A DNA stretch of 43,321 bases from Dicyema japonicum (lineage: Eukaryota > Animalia > Dicyemida): positions 7,359-50,679 of the forward strand of contig RDEW01000132.1 in NCBI GenBank assembly GCA_011109175.1, read 5' to 3'. Numbering within the stretch: position 1 is the first letter of the stretch; the number at the start of each line of letters is the position of its first letter. Of this stretch, positions 25,401 to 36,900 are shown in pieces. The notes beneath the pieces are model-generated. The model saw nothing but the letters and a program-made list of their open reading frames with translations. It made no database searches and was not told the origin of the DNA. The position numbers were made by a program, and so were the translations under genes.

Positions 25401-26493
25401 ACGTGGGTACATTTAGAATTTATCATTTTAACATAAATACCATCAAATTATATAGGAAATAAACTAACCATATTTACTTATTAAATAACTGTAGTGTTGC
25501 AAATCATCTTCTGAAGAAAGTCCTAAAAATGCAATGTGAAGACCATGGAAGCAATTGATTTGATGCTTCACCACGAAATCCTCCGATAGAGGATCGAAAG
25601 TTTCATCATCACGGGCTTTCCAAGACTCAATTATCCAAGAATCTGTTAGAACAGATATCCCCAGGGCTGAGCCTCGAGTTGCTTCAAAAGAATCGACTCG
25701 TTGACTTATGATGATTTGAATTTCTCGAGAAAAATGTTTTTTAACAAATGCCGACATATTATGAAGTAGCAAAATATAATTATCCTGATTAAGTTAAAAA
25801 AAACAGTATATAATTTATATATAAAATAAATGAAATTTCGACAAAAAATAAATATTTGAAAATTATATAATTTTTTTTCGTAAAAATACTAAAATTGCTA
25901 AACAAATTTACGGATATGATGCAATTTAGCCAAAATATAATAATTTAATCGCAAAAATGTTATTCAAAACTTAAACTTTTGAATAAAATGACAATTTAAT
26001 AATATTAATTACCAAGTAAATATGTTGATTTATGAGAAATTAAAAAATATATTAAAGTTGCTCAATCTACTTAAAAACAATAATTAGGATATGTTTACTA
26101 ACCAAAGTTTCTCGATCAAAGCCCACGCTGAAGGAAATTGTTACATTTTTTAGTTTTTCGTTGTATGTTGGTCTCGTTAACCAAGGAATACTCTGTCAAT
26201 CAACAAAAATCATACATCGTATTGTTTTACATAGTTTATGAACATTTTAGGACTAATGATAGATCTAATGGTGTGTCGATTCGCCATAAAGGCATCTGAT
26301 TCAAAATCGTTGGTGACTAAGCAATATTTTGCAACGTTTTTTAATGAAAATTCTGAAATATCATTAATAAATAAAATTTTTTGACTAACACTCTATTTTT
26401 GATAAAATTGTTATTACAAACCATAGCGGCGCAATGAAGTTCCGAGTTTATGCTACTTGGCTGGATTCCAACAAATACTATAATTTTCTCCAT
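22423..26493 (-). CDS. ECT2: ECT2/pebble-like RhoGEF (BRCT repeats, DH, PH), multi-exon with very short introns; the middle part is duplicated by assembly
   Basis: Manual splicing from ATG 26493 gives MEKIIVFVG...YCLVTNDFESDAF...RPTYNEKLKNVTISFSVGFDRETL/DNYILLLHNMSAFVKKHFS...SALGISVLTDSWIIESWKARDD...FHGLHIAFLG...KCTHVVV...VVSSE/WFWKCIQ (ECT2 BRCT region). It continues RRLCIFDELYNTEINYCSVLEFI...LYIRPIQRLPQTKLLMQEMLKYTP (DH), KPYKHIAMLPHSFIRRII...LANHISNS (PH) and SLTRMLSF, with stop TAA ending at 22423. GT-AG introns of about 21-34 nt plus two longer ones (318 nt at 25785-26102; about 80 nt) restore the frame. Confidence 0.92.
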
Positions 26494-26849
26494 ATATACA
26501 ACCTAAACTGATATCCTCGTATTTATATATTTATTTATTTAATGATTGTATAATAATTCGTAACTATTGTATAATAATTGTATAATAATTTTTTTTATTT
26601 ATATAATTATTATAATAAATTTTAAATTAAAAAAAATATTTAATTCAAATACTGCTTGTTCTTCAAGTTCGAAATACAAGCAAAGTTGCCACTGTGACCT
26701 TCATGTAATACTGATGACCACAGGACAGATCACCTTTTCTCGTGCTTGGTTTTATCAATTTTTAATTTTAATAAAATTGAAAAATACAGTCACTTGTTTT
26801 GTGATGGAACTCCTATTGTCAGAACGATTTTAAAATTAAAAAGTGGATG

Positions 26850-28260
26850 TAAAAATTAAATTAAGGCATCTGAATGACCATGCTATTTCCCCTAACAATA
26901 GCCAACGAGATACGTTCTCGGAACCAACCTTGGTCACAGCTTGAATCATGGAGCCGATCTTACGAACCAACTCATCTGCTTGAGGGCCAAGGATTCCTGA
27001 CGTTTCCACTGCGAATGGAACAAAAAGATACTCCTCCGAAATTCTCTGGTACTTCCTCCTCTTTCGTTACTCGGCCTGCTTTGAAGCATGTCCTGGGTCT
27101 GAAGCAGAAGCAACCAAATTAGACGGGGAATAAGTATCAACACACGTCGCGTCCCAGATCAGGTTTCGTCCGTTGGCGAATGGAAAAGTCGTCATCCCAT
27201 CAGGGCGTTTTCCATCGTTTCGGCAAAGACCACCAGGTTCTAATAGGCAATGGTGTCCTGCAGAGGCAAAGGAATTCTTTAATGTCATGTTAAGACAGGA
27301 GTGCCAGGGGAAACGACCCGCACTCATCTTGCATGACAAGGGATGATAACCAAAAGGATCGATCCAACGTCCACAGCGGCATTTTCTTTCGGCACACAAT
27401 TTAAGACCAAGACGAAGCGAGGTAGCTATTCTCACAGCCTCATCATCCAACAAGTTTCCAATTTCGGCAGATGGATAAGCGTACAGCGGCATTTTCTTTC
27501 GGCACACAATTTAAGACCAAGACGAAGCGAGGTAGCTATTCTCACAGCCTCATCATCCAACAAGTTTCCAATTTCGGCAGATGGATAAGCGTTCATCCAG
27601 GCCCACGTCTAGTGGCAACTGGCTGTTTTGAGGCTGGCTCAGCCTTCTTACATCTTCCGTCTTTTCAAGGGACTCTTTCTTCTTTTCGAAGACACAAAAC
27701 AAATAGGACTTTTGCTTATCACAATTGACCGGAGCATCCAGGTACAAATTCATCCATTCATCCCAGGCTCCCGACGGCTTCGGCGGTACGTTTAGTCAGG
27801 AAGTAGAGTGAAGGACCGTATCCACTAAACGCCTTGACGATCCGAACGAAGATAAATAGGCGCGAAAAGCAACGTCCGAAGGAAGAGAAAGACCCAAACC
27901 ACCGCAGGCTACAGGGAGTGAGGCCTGTAACCAACCGAAATCATCCAAAAGAACATTAAGAATGGACCCCATCGTCGACCGGATATCCATATCAATTAAC
28001 GATAGAAGGTCTTTTTCGGCGTAGCATGGGGATCCCAGTAGAATAAAAAAGAGTTTTGGAAGAAGGAGACAATTCTTCAGCATAAAAAAGGCGACATGTC
28101 GGTCCAAAAAACTCATCCTGTCGGCATACTGACGTAAATTAGTCCTTTTGCCTTCCAATAACTCCCTTACCCGGTTTACCAAAATCCCACACCCAAGGAA
28201 GTCGAGAGAATCAATATGAGTCTCCCTAACCCCTGGGATGATTTCGCAGAGTTTTCTATG
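26850..28260 (-). mobile_element. 5-prime-truncated CRE-like non-LTR retrotransposon (RT thumb, CCHC finger, restriction-like endonuclease)
   Basis: LDFLG...LKNCLLLPKL...QASLPVACGGLGL (RT C-terminus), CRCG...GYHPLSC (zinc finger), DGKRPDGMT...LIWDATCVDT...KRRKY...FVPFAVETSG (PD-(D/E)xK endonuclease). Internal 110-bp tandem duplication at 27374-27593. Confidence 0.85.
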
Positions 28261-29040
28261 AAAAAAAAGTGGATATACAAATTTAAAATTTCCTTTTTCG
28301 TAAAAAGTATTCTATATACTAAAATTTATCAATTACAATCATTTTTCGTTTTTTTCTGAATTTCCAATTAAGAGGTTCCTTTTTTTTCCTTTTCCTACCA
28401 AGACAAACTTTCCCGCAGTTCGATATTTCAGACTAAAATAAAAATTTCAGAAAACTAATTCAATTGAAAAAGGCTCAATTCTAAATTTGGCATCTTTAAG
28501 TTCTACAGAATGCTCAATCTAAAGTTATATATTAGTTTTACTTTCTTTCGTTTGTGGATGTATACATTTGAATTGTAATTTCTGGGCAAACTATCTAAAA
28601 AAACGACAATGAAGACATAAATTGCAATGAAAGAAGCAGCCTTTACCTGAGCCGAAAAGATGCATGCCAGCTTTGATCCTCCACTCCACTGGATGGGTTA
28701 CGACAATTGCAAGTATGGACGTATTTTACCTTTATATGTAATTCCGGATAGACTCTGTTTCTGTAGAAGTGGAAACTGGATACACTTAATTAATTGTTTA
28801 TTTGATTTACAGGAATTCTAAGACGACTTTCATGGGGGTCATATCTATTTTTATATCGTGGATTCGTACGGCGTTGTGTGAGTCAATGCAGTTTCTACAT
28901 TTTTTTATTTTCATTGGAGGTTATAGCTGTGGTTTTGTCAAGTCTGTCACTATTAATCTGTTTGGAAGAATCTTTTCAAAAATTTTAGCTTTATTGTCAC
29001 CGCATTTTCATGTATGACTGCCTTCCTTAGNCTGCAATCA

Positions 29041-29131
29041 CTCTACGGTCTTTAACAATCTCAGAGACCCACGGAAATGTCTCTAAAGTCTTTAACAATC
29101 TCAGAGAACCAATGCAATAACTCTAATCTTT
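29041..29131 (+). repeat. 40-bp tandem repeat, about 2.3 units
   Basis: CTCTA starts at 29041, 29081 and 29121; the first two units share GTCTTTAACAATCTCAGAGA. Confidence 0.8.
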
Positions 29132-29159
29132 GGCCTACCTTAGTAATATTAATAATATT

Positions 29160-29482
29160 GGCACTTTCTGAGGAGCCATATCAGTTATAGCTCCTCTCAG
29201 GGAGAACACACACTTATTTTAAGCAAAAAACAATTATAATATCTATTCGAGGGAGGATCAGGGAATGCTCTTCACTTTTTTGTTGTCATTTTCTTGGGTG
29301 TATTATGTCCTTTATAGACATTCCAGTTCCGAAGTGAAGTTCACTGATGACGGCGTCAATCGTCAAGCCAAAGCATATTGATGCGTGGAACCTTGAACCG
29401 AAATGTGAAGTATCAGGATTCGAAATAACGACTTTCAGGTTTCTTGCACGGCAACGGTCACACTGCGCCACCCGGCCGACTA
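29160..29482 (-). mobile_element. tRNA-derived SINE, copy C
   Basis: The reverse complement starts GTCGGCCGGGTGGCGCAGTG (A-box) and contains GGTTCCACGCATC..ATGC..GGCTTGACGATTGACGCCGTCATCAGTG..CACTTCGGAACTGG and AAGTGAAGAGCATTCC, as in copy A. Confidence 0.78.
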
Positions 29483-29989
29483 CTTTAGAGAATTGATAAA
29501 TCAGGCAGCTTTATAAAGGTAACGAATAAAAGATTGTGAGCATTCAGCATCCCTTTATTGGATCCTAATGGGGGAATTTAAAAGATTGGAATCGATTTTT
29601 GACCCAAAACCTGTTCTTCAGAGATGACCTCAATGTGTAAAATTATAAAAATGAAAGAAATCCTGGACCATTTGCCATTTATGTAAGAATAGATGCCGCA
29701 AGGAGATTATGTAAAACGTGATTGAAATTGAAATTTATTTCCAGAGATCACAGTTTAAAGACAAAAACAAGAAATTATGTGATCCCGGTGAATTTCAATA
29801 GGGCTCTCATCTTGGCCCGGTGGTCTTCTCGATCCAACACAAACACGCAGTGGACGAATGATCCTTTGTATCGTTTAGTTTGGCCTACTTTTCTTCTTAT
29901 TATGTCTTTCAAGGGGTAGATGTAGAATTTAGATCTCCTTTGATCCAGTTTTCGATAACACTATTTTTGGGTTGCCGGCAATTCTCTGG

Positions 29990-30200
29990 GTATTCGTCAT
30001 GTAATTGAAGGGCCCCATGATGCACATGCATATAATATGCATGGCTCGACGTACTGGCTGTATAGTGATTTCAGAACGGGATGATTTCCTATCTTCCATA
30101 AACCAGAGATCCCTTTCAAGAGGTTGATTTTCTTTTCACATTTGTTTAAAACATTTCCCACGTGGCACGAGAAAGTCATATGGGTGTCGAATACTGCTCC
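29990..30200 (-). mobile_element. Jockey/I-like LINE RT C-terminal remnant
   Basis: TFSCHVGNVLNKCEKKINLLKGI...LKSLYSQYVEPCILYACASWGP; related to about 34200-34350. Confidence 0.65.
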
Positions 30201-31024
30201 CAGGATCTTCTGCCATTTTGGAATGGCAACTTGTTTCCATCTGCTTCTAAGTCTAAGATTCCTAAACTTCCACTTTTGCGAAGTCTAAGATTCCTAGACT
30301 TCAAAGAGCATATTCAATTGTTGGTAATAAAAATAACTTTGGAAAAGATGATTGCTTCATATTGCAAGTAGTATATAAAACTAAATTAAAGAATCAAGAA
30401 AATTAACTATAGTTTGTACAGCGAAGAAATCCACGAGGGTAGTAAAGAGTCATTGGTTTATTATAAGTTAAATAAAATGATGAAGCAAAGCGCAGTACAA
30501 GAGACCAACTACATATCTGTCTAAAAATGAAACGTCTCCAATATATAATAAAATATTAAGCTTGTGTGTGCTTTTCCGTAAAAATTTTCCAAATGGTCTA
30601 CAATTGGTAACAAAGTAAAAACAAAGTAGTAAAGACATCAATTGTTATATCTGTCGATAATCATGACGAAACTAATCAATAGCATTTTTATATCAAGACA
30701 TGGCCAAAATTTTTTTATTCTGCTGGTTAACACGATGGTTGTTTTTAACCCACTGATATATTATTAGAATTTTTTACACATCGACTAAAGTCTAACTACA
30801 GATTAAGATTTTGGATATAAAGTCCGACATCGGTTTGGAATACCAAACGTTCCAAAAACCAAAACTGTTACAAAAATTGAAGTTTTAACTTAAAAGTTAT
30901 AAATTAATTATAACTTTATGAAATAACAATGTATAAATTAAAATTAACAATTTATTGTGGTTTATTGGCATTTTTTCAGAATCAAGGAAATTAAAAAGAA
31001 TTAAGTCACTCTGGGACCTCCACA

Positions 31025-31296
31025 GCCCTGACTTGTTAGGCATGTGTTCCCAATTAAGTTAATCAAAAGCTATGCTGCTCTGCTGATTCTTAATCCCACA
31101 TTTGTTGTAAATGTGCCTTTAATTAGGATAACCAACTGCTATGCTGTTCTGATGATTCTTCATCAAGCAATTGTAGTGCACGTATCCTAAATTCGGTTAA
31201 CGACATTTCTACTGTTCTGTTGATTCTTCAACCGAATTTGTTGTACCCGTGTCCTCAAATGGTTAACTACTGCGATGTTGTTCTACTGATTCTTTA
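31025..31296 (-). repeat. Four degenerate 66-69-bp tandem units encoding a 23-aa STPR-like repeat
   Basis: GATTCTT recurs at 31085, 31154, 31222 and 31288 (spacing 69, 68, 66). Minus-strand consensus is approximately EESAEQHSSRLTELRTHAQQVRD, with stops and frameshifts. Confidence 0.7.
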
Positions 31297-31299
31297 GAC

Positions 31300-32975
31300 C
31301 AGGGGTTCTCAACCTGGGGTCGATTCGACCCCAAGGTGTCTAAAATCAATCCATATCGATCGTAATGTGGTCGAAAATGAAATATTTGGGGGTCGAAAAT
31401 AAATTTAATATATTTAATCTTTTTCAATTTAAATTAAGTTGTTTATTTTTAAAGTGGTAAACCTTTGTTCTTTAAAATTTTTTAAAATTACCATGCTTGT
31501 TTTTGTTTGTGTATGAGTCGTCCTTCTACATTAAAAATTCGTCAATATAAAAATGAATATTTGGCATTTGGATTTATAAAATTTTTTTAAATAGACCATA
31601 TTGCTTACTCTGTAACAAATTATCAAATGATGCAATGAAACCGTCCAAATTGTTGGATCATTTAGGAGTAAACATTCGGATAAAAAAGATAAACCATTAG
31701 AATATTTTGAAGAATTAAAGGATTCTTTTCGTAAACAAAAAACGATTGGCAGTTTTTACAAATAGTAGTGAAAGAAACAATAGTTGTTATTTTAAATTAT
31801 ATTTAGGACGACTAATTGCATCCTATAAAATTGCAATGATTATTGTTAACAATGAGAGTTCCCATGTTTATGGTGAAAATCTCATCAAACCATCTATATC
31901 AGTGATTCTATCAGATCTGATGGGTTTAAATCCCGACGAAATTTTAACATCCTGTGACAATTAGCAATGATTCAATTCGCCGAGGATTGACGAAATGTCA
32001 GATAATGTTGAACATATTTTATGTGAATTTTGCTGTGGCTAAAGAAACATATGTCCGTCTTGTGCTTCACACTGAGGTTATAGTTTCCAATTTTATTTTA
32101 CAGGTTCGAAATGCATTAGAACGCATTAGAACGATTTTCAATATTGTTTGACACAATCGTAAATTTTCTTACTTCTGAGGGTGACAAAAATTTAGCAGAT
32201 TTAATTGTATCGAAAAAGTAAGTTATATAAATATAACTTGGAAAAAAGAAATTATTATAATATTCCCGAATTCTACTCAATTGGTCAAACATTTGATGAT
32301 GAAGATATTAACAACTTTTTGCAACATTTATTAAGTATAGAAAAAAGATTTGATTGTTCGATTCAAGATATTCTTGAATTAGAAGTTCCATCTTGGATGA
32401 TAATCCGTTTTTGTCAAAGCCAGAAGAACAAAAAAAATATTCAAGAAGAATTCAATCCAGAATTAAAAATATATTATAATGATTTACAATCACCTGTTAT
32501 TTTTTGGCAAAATATAAAAGTGAAAGAGAGTTATTCAAAATTGTGGACAGAAATAGCACAATTGCTACTTGATTTTTCGACATCATACTGTGTTTAATGC
32601 GGATTTAGCATTCCACATCGAATTGTAAATAAAGAACGAAACAGATTGAAAATGTCCATTAAAGGAGATCTTCGTTTAAAAATAACACAAATAGAGCTAG
32701 ATATCGAATCTTTGGTCAAAAAACATCAGTCACAGGGATCTCATTGGTATTTAATTTTTTTATTATAGATTTATGCTAAGATACCAACTTAACATCGAAT
32801 ATATACTTTTTTTGTTTGATTTGATTATTAACAATGAATTCATTTTAGATAGTTAACTAATTTTACTTAGAATTGTCTGTTCTAAATAAAAAAGTTTTAA
32901 GGGGTCGATTAAATAATAGGGGGGTCAAAAAAAAAAGTCAAGGGTCGACGAGCAAAAAAAGGTTGAGAACCCCTG
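31300..32975 (+). mobile_element. Internally deleted hAT (Buster/Charlie-type) DNA transposon with intact TIRs and transposase pseudogene
   Basis: Perfect 16-bp TIRs CAGGGGTTCTCAACCT (31300-31315) and AGGTTGAGAACCCCTG (32960-32975), with subterminal GGGGTCGA repeats. Transposase remnants: SNDAMKPSKLLDHL, ASYKIAMII...GENLIKP, ISNDSIRR, then the C-terminal FWQNIKVKESYSKLW...FSTSYC...RNRL...DLRLK; the catalytic core is largely missing. Confidence 0.92.
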
Positions 32976-33039
32976 GCTTAGGGTGTTTGAATGATTCACG
33001 TGGAGGACGTTGAACATTGAAAGTCCCATATTTACCTTT

Positions 33040-33400
33040 ACAAGTGACTTACTCCTTACCAAGGGCCTGTAAAACTACTACTTAATATTCGGGTTGGTTT
33101 TTTGAATATGGAGGGTTTGTGGGCTTCAAGAGTCCTTGATGATACCAAGTTGTTTTTGGATGTTTATCCTAGGAAATATCAGAACGACTTTGACCGACTG
33201 TAATTGATGTGGTTGGATGAAAGTTACTACTTTCAAGTGGTGAATAAAGTTGTCAACCAACAATAGGATCTCGACTTTTAAAAGGTGTTGTTGATACTGT
33301 TAAACTATGATCTTTGATTGGAACTATTATGTGATTGAGACCAGGCTTAATGCTATTTTGAAGTTGGGGAGTTTAGTTGCCAGTAAAAAATTTAAGTCAT
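33040..33400 (-). mobile_element. Possible gypsy integrase C-terminal remnant
   Basis: ITVGQ...LSSSFTGPW resembles the KL.P.F.GP motif downstream of the integrase core. Confidence 0.3.
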
Positions 33401-33424
33401 TGTAGGAACTTTGGATTGTTAAAT

Positions 33425-33665
33425 GCTAAATTTTTGCTTTCTTCGGGCATGTTGTCCCCTCTGACTCCCTGGAAAGAACCATTATGCTGAGCAATATTAC
33501 TGGGAAGAGAAGACCTGGTCAACCGAAGACTCGATGGCTATCCACGGTGAAAGACGAAAGACGTCATGGGAATATCTATATAAAGGCTACTCCAAATTGC
33601 GATGGATCGGGAGAGTGAAGGAAATTTGTTCATGAGATCTCCAAAGGTCGGACACGATTTAACTG
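33425..33665 (+). mobile_element. RTE-clade LINE 3-prime fragment (same family as 117-599)
   Basis: FAFFGHVVPSDSLERTIMLSNITGKRRPGQPKTRWLSTV closely matches the 117-599 ORF. Confidence 0.85.
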
Positions 33666-34189
33666 GATAACGTAACATAAATTTTGCTTCTTGTGTTTTT
33701 AATTTTTTTAAGATTGTTAGGAGTATTGTATATAGTGAAATCTTTATGTGATATGTCCAATTATTATTAAAAGCAATCCCTAGAAAACATAAAGTTAATT
33801 AAGTCTTATTTGTGTCATATTCCGAATCATCCCACCGTCAGCCTCGACCATGATCTTCTGTCGCTCTCTTAGGTGCGATATAATCTCTTCTGTCAGTTTC
33901 GACGAACCTTATAGGTCTTCATTCAAGATTGTCGTAAGTGTCGTTCTTGGTCTTCCACACAATCTGGCTCTTGTGTGGGCTAAGTAGTTGTCCTTTCCAT
34001 AGTCCTACAAGCCGCCTAATCAACCTGATAAACTTTGCTGGGATGAAGTCAAGAACGCCAGACGTCTCAACGAAGATCTACTGGAATCTAACCGATCCCG
34101 AATCTTATGGTGCTTCCTTAATATCTACGTTATGTCTCGAATCGTAACTATTAGCTAAAATGAATTAATAGTTCACTTTCACTCTATTC

Positions 34190-36380
34190 GCACTTTTCTG
34201 GATAAACATGATCTCGGCATTTGGCCACAAGATGCATGTGCAATAAATACATGGTTCGATTTAGTGGTTATATTACGTTCTTAGAATAGGGAGTTGTCTT
34301 ACATAGCTTTGAGAGGATTTTCAGTAGATCTTTACGTGTCATGAGAAGCACATGTGCATAATAATGATTTTTTAGGATTTCTTGAAGGGGTATTGAGATC
34401 GTTTTCATGAGATTACTCGCCTTCTCAGTCTCTTGTCCGGACGTGAATAGATAGGTGACTGATTTTTTGTGTTAATCGATAGTCGGTTGTACTTAACAAA
34501 CCGTATAGTAATCCAAAGGTTGAATTCCCTCCTGATCGTCCGAGTATTGCCGATTTCGTTTTCATTTCCCACTATAAAAGGCTGGTTAAGATTGAGTTAA
34601 ACGAGATAGGTGAGAGTGGTGATTCCTAGAAGGTAATTATGAAGAATCCGTGATATCCAAAGTAAACGAATCCCTCAATCACTAAGGAAGTGAGCCAGCC
34701 AAGATTAAAATTTATAGAGACTCCAATTTGAAAATCTTCTACACGATAATTTTAATGGTAGTAAATCGAACGCTTTGCAGATATAAATAGATCAAAGTAG
34801 TTATCAGATGTCTACGTTTGTGGAAAACACGGGTAAAATTGGTGAGAATAAAAGATGACTAAATTCGCCCCTTCCTTTTAAAAACACATTGAAACGGTAT
34901 ATCCTGTAGAACATCCATGATTTTGAAAGAGGTAGTTTTCATGGATTTCAGACATCTAACACAAAGTGCTATCCCTATATATTGTGTTGAATCCTTCTTC
35001 GGTTTCCAGGTTTAGGATGATGGACATCATCATATTGATTGAAAGGTTAAGGATTTTTGTTAAGATTCTCTGTTTTTCCGATTTTTTAGAATATCATAGG
35101 ATTCCTATCATTGATCTCGATGTTCCCAGTAGAGCACTCAGTATCACAAGGAGACAACCTCATTTCCTGATGATACTTTTCGACCACGGCCGTACAACTA
35201 AAAGAGACTATCTTGGTTCTACAGCTGAACATAAATTGAATCAATGGGAAGATTATCAACCTACTCTCGACCTACGCTTGTCTTTTGACAGTCAAAACCC
35301 TCTTTAAAGAGTCGAGGTTCCCCCTTTCCTAAAACTCTATACGAAGCTACCAAACAATAGATATGGTGAAGGTCTCTTAGTCTGGTATAAAAATCAAATC
35401 CACTATTACCGTGACTATCATATAATCACACAAAAAGGACAAATTATTTATTTTAGAAGGAAACAAGTCATAAGTACTCCAGTTGAGATAGTGAGTACCT
35501 GATGAGTATGACCATTTTGAGACGCTATATTCACGTAACAGACATTCGTAAAAAACAAAAATGTTCAAACAGATGAGATTTGGGTTTTTCAGTAAATTAT
35601 TCATCCGAATACATCCCACTTGGGGAAACTGAAAAATTTGTTCTCAGGTGCGGAATGGCGAACTGGTCTATAATCTTTTTATGTTTCTTCTCCTTGGCCT
35701 TCAGCGTATCTACTGCACTCCCGACGAAGTTGGAAGGACTAAGGAAGTCGATGCACATAGCATCGAATTTCCAAAATAATACAGGAAGACTATCAGAACT
35801 AATGGAGGAGTTCGAAGGATTTACGAAGGAATCACTGCTGATAAAACAGATGGAGGAAGAGAAAGGATGAGTTATCAGTAAATACCTCCGATAGGAAAGT
35901 GTTTCCAGCTACTTGGGGGGAATATTGATATATAATATTTTAAAAATCATTTATCGTATCATCAGCTTGGCTGGATGCTCCACCCTTGATCCAATACAAG
36001 CTCTTTGGGGTCAGATTGTCTACTGATCACGTTGGATCAGGTTTCCTCCATTATTCTTTTGAATTAGGATCTCCAAGGGTGTCGGAATCATGTTCTTTTT
36101 TGTGTAGACCACTTCTCTGTCATCCCAAAAACCCTTTTTGTGAATCCGCGAATTTCTAGGATCAGTCAAACATAACCACATCTCTACCAAAGTAATTCGA
36201 AGACTAGTTTGGAACGATCTACTGGACGGCCCTCCTCTTCAATGGATGACTCGGAGACTACCCTTGACAGAGAAACAAGGAGGATTCTACGTTCCCCCTA
36301 AGAGACGAATCGGGCTCTAGGCTTCCTTCACCGGACAAATAATCATTGATTTTACAAGAAACCTTCTCCTACCCGGGAAC
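34190..36380 (-). mobile_element. Decayed Jockey/CR1-like LINE (APE endonuclease plus RT)
   Basis: Minus-strand motifs in the correct order: LGDPNSK (GDFN), SSQADDTI, SDSLPVLF (SDH), SYDILKN, LTKILNLSI...PKPGN, ICKAFD, SPLSPISFN, NRLSINTKKS, IEPCIYCT. Confidence 0.72.
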
Positions 36381-36389
36381 TAGGTGAAC

Positions 36390-36540
36390 GTTAGAGACTT
36401 GTGGAAGCGTCAAGAACTACTTGTGGAGACAGTATTCCTGACATCTCAAAAGCAAATGGGACAAACAAGTGATCCTTCAAAATGCTTCGGTGCTTCCTTC
36501 TTTTATCATCCTGGGCTTGCTTAGAAGTATGAGTGCTTTT
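36390..36540 (-). mobile_element. Short CRE-like RLE tail fragment
   Basis: KHRSILKDHLFVPFAFEMSGILSPQ matches the KYQRISEEYLFVPFAVETSGILGPQ of the 26850-28260 element. Confidence 0.65.
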
Positions 36541-36649
36541 TTTTTATAAATTAAATAATTTGAATTTCACGTGGTACATTTCAGCATTCCACTTCTCCGG
36601 ATATAAGGACGTATCTTATGTCAAGAACTGCTTAATGATTGGCATTCCT

Positions 36650-36900
36650 AAAAATTGCCGAAAAGTTTCGTGGGCAGAACTTTTTGACATGGAGAAGCTT
36701 TGAATGTGCAAATCAATGAGGTACGCTCTGTTTTACCGAATTCATGGGTTCTTATTCTAAGGTCCCGTTCAAAACAGTCAAAGCTGATGTGCTTAATAAA
36801 TTGATAGCTGCGATAGATAATTATACTGCCTTGCATCCCCCTGCTGATCATAACGAGGTGACAACATAATTTATGCTGGGCAGCCTGCATGTGATAATCT
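36650..36900 (-). mobile_element. Possible gypsy integrase N-terminal remnant
   Basis: RGMQGSIIIY...RTHEFGKT...KASPCQK loosely follows the RG.RIIIP...H.G..KT...C..CQ pattern. Confidence 0.3.

Noticed and set aside
29335-29400. Hammerhead ribozyme on the SINE antisense strand (CTGATGA conserved in all four copies)
   Set aside because: No copy has GAAA at the required position after stem II, the UH site is not properly placed, and the competing cloverleaf pairing is better. A self-cleavage assay would be decisive.
34966-36530. Plus-strand frames resembling a mononegaviral L polymerase EVE (DYLGSTAE, ELMEEFEGFTK, LPLTEKQGGF)
   Set aside because: The minus strand of the same interval carries an ordered set of LINE endonuclease and RT motifs (GDPN, SDS/SDH, PKPG, KAFD, SPLSP) plus a CRE tail. 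The plus frames are antisense shadows.
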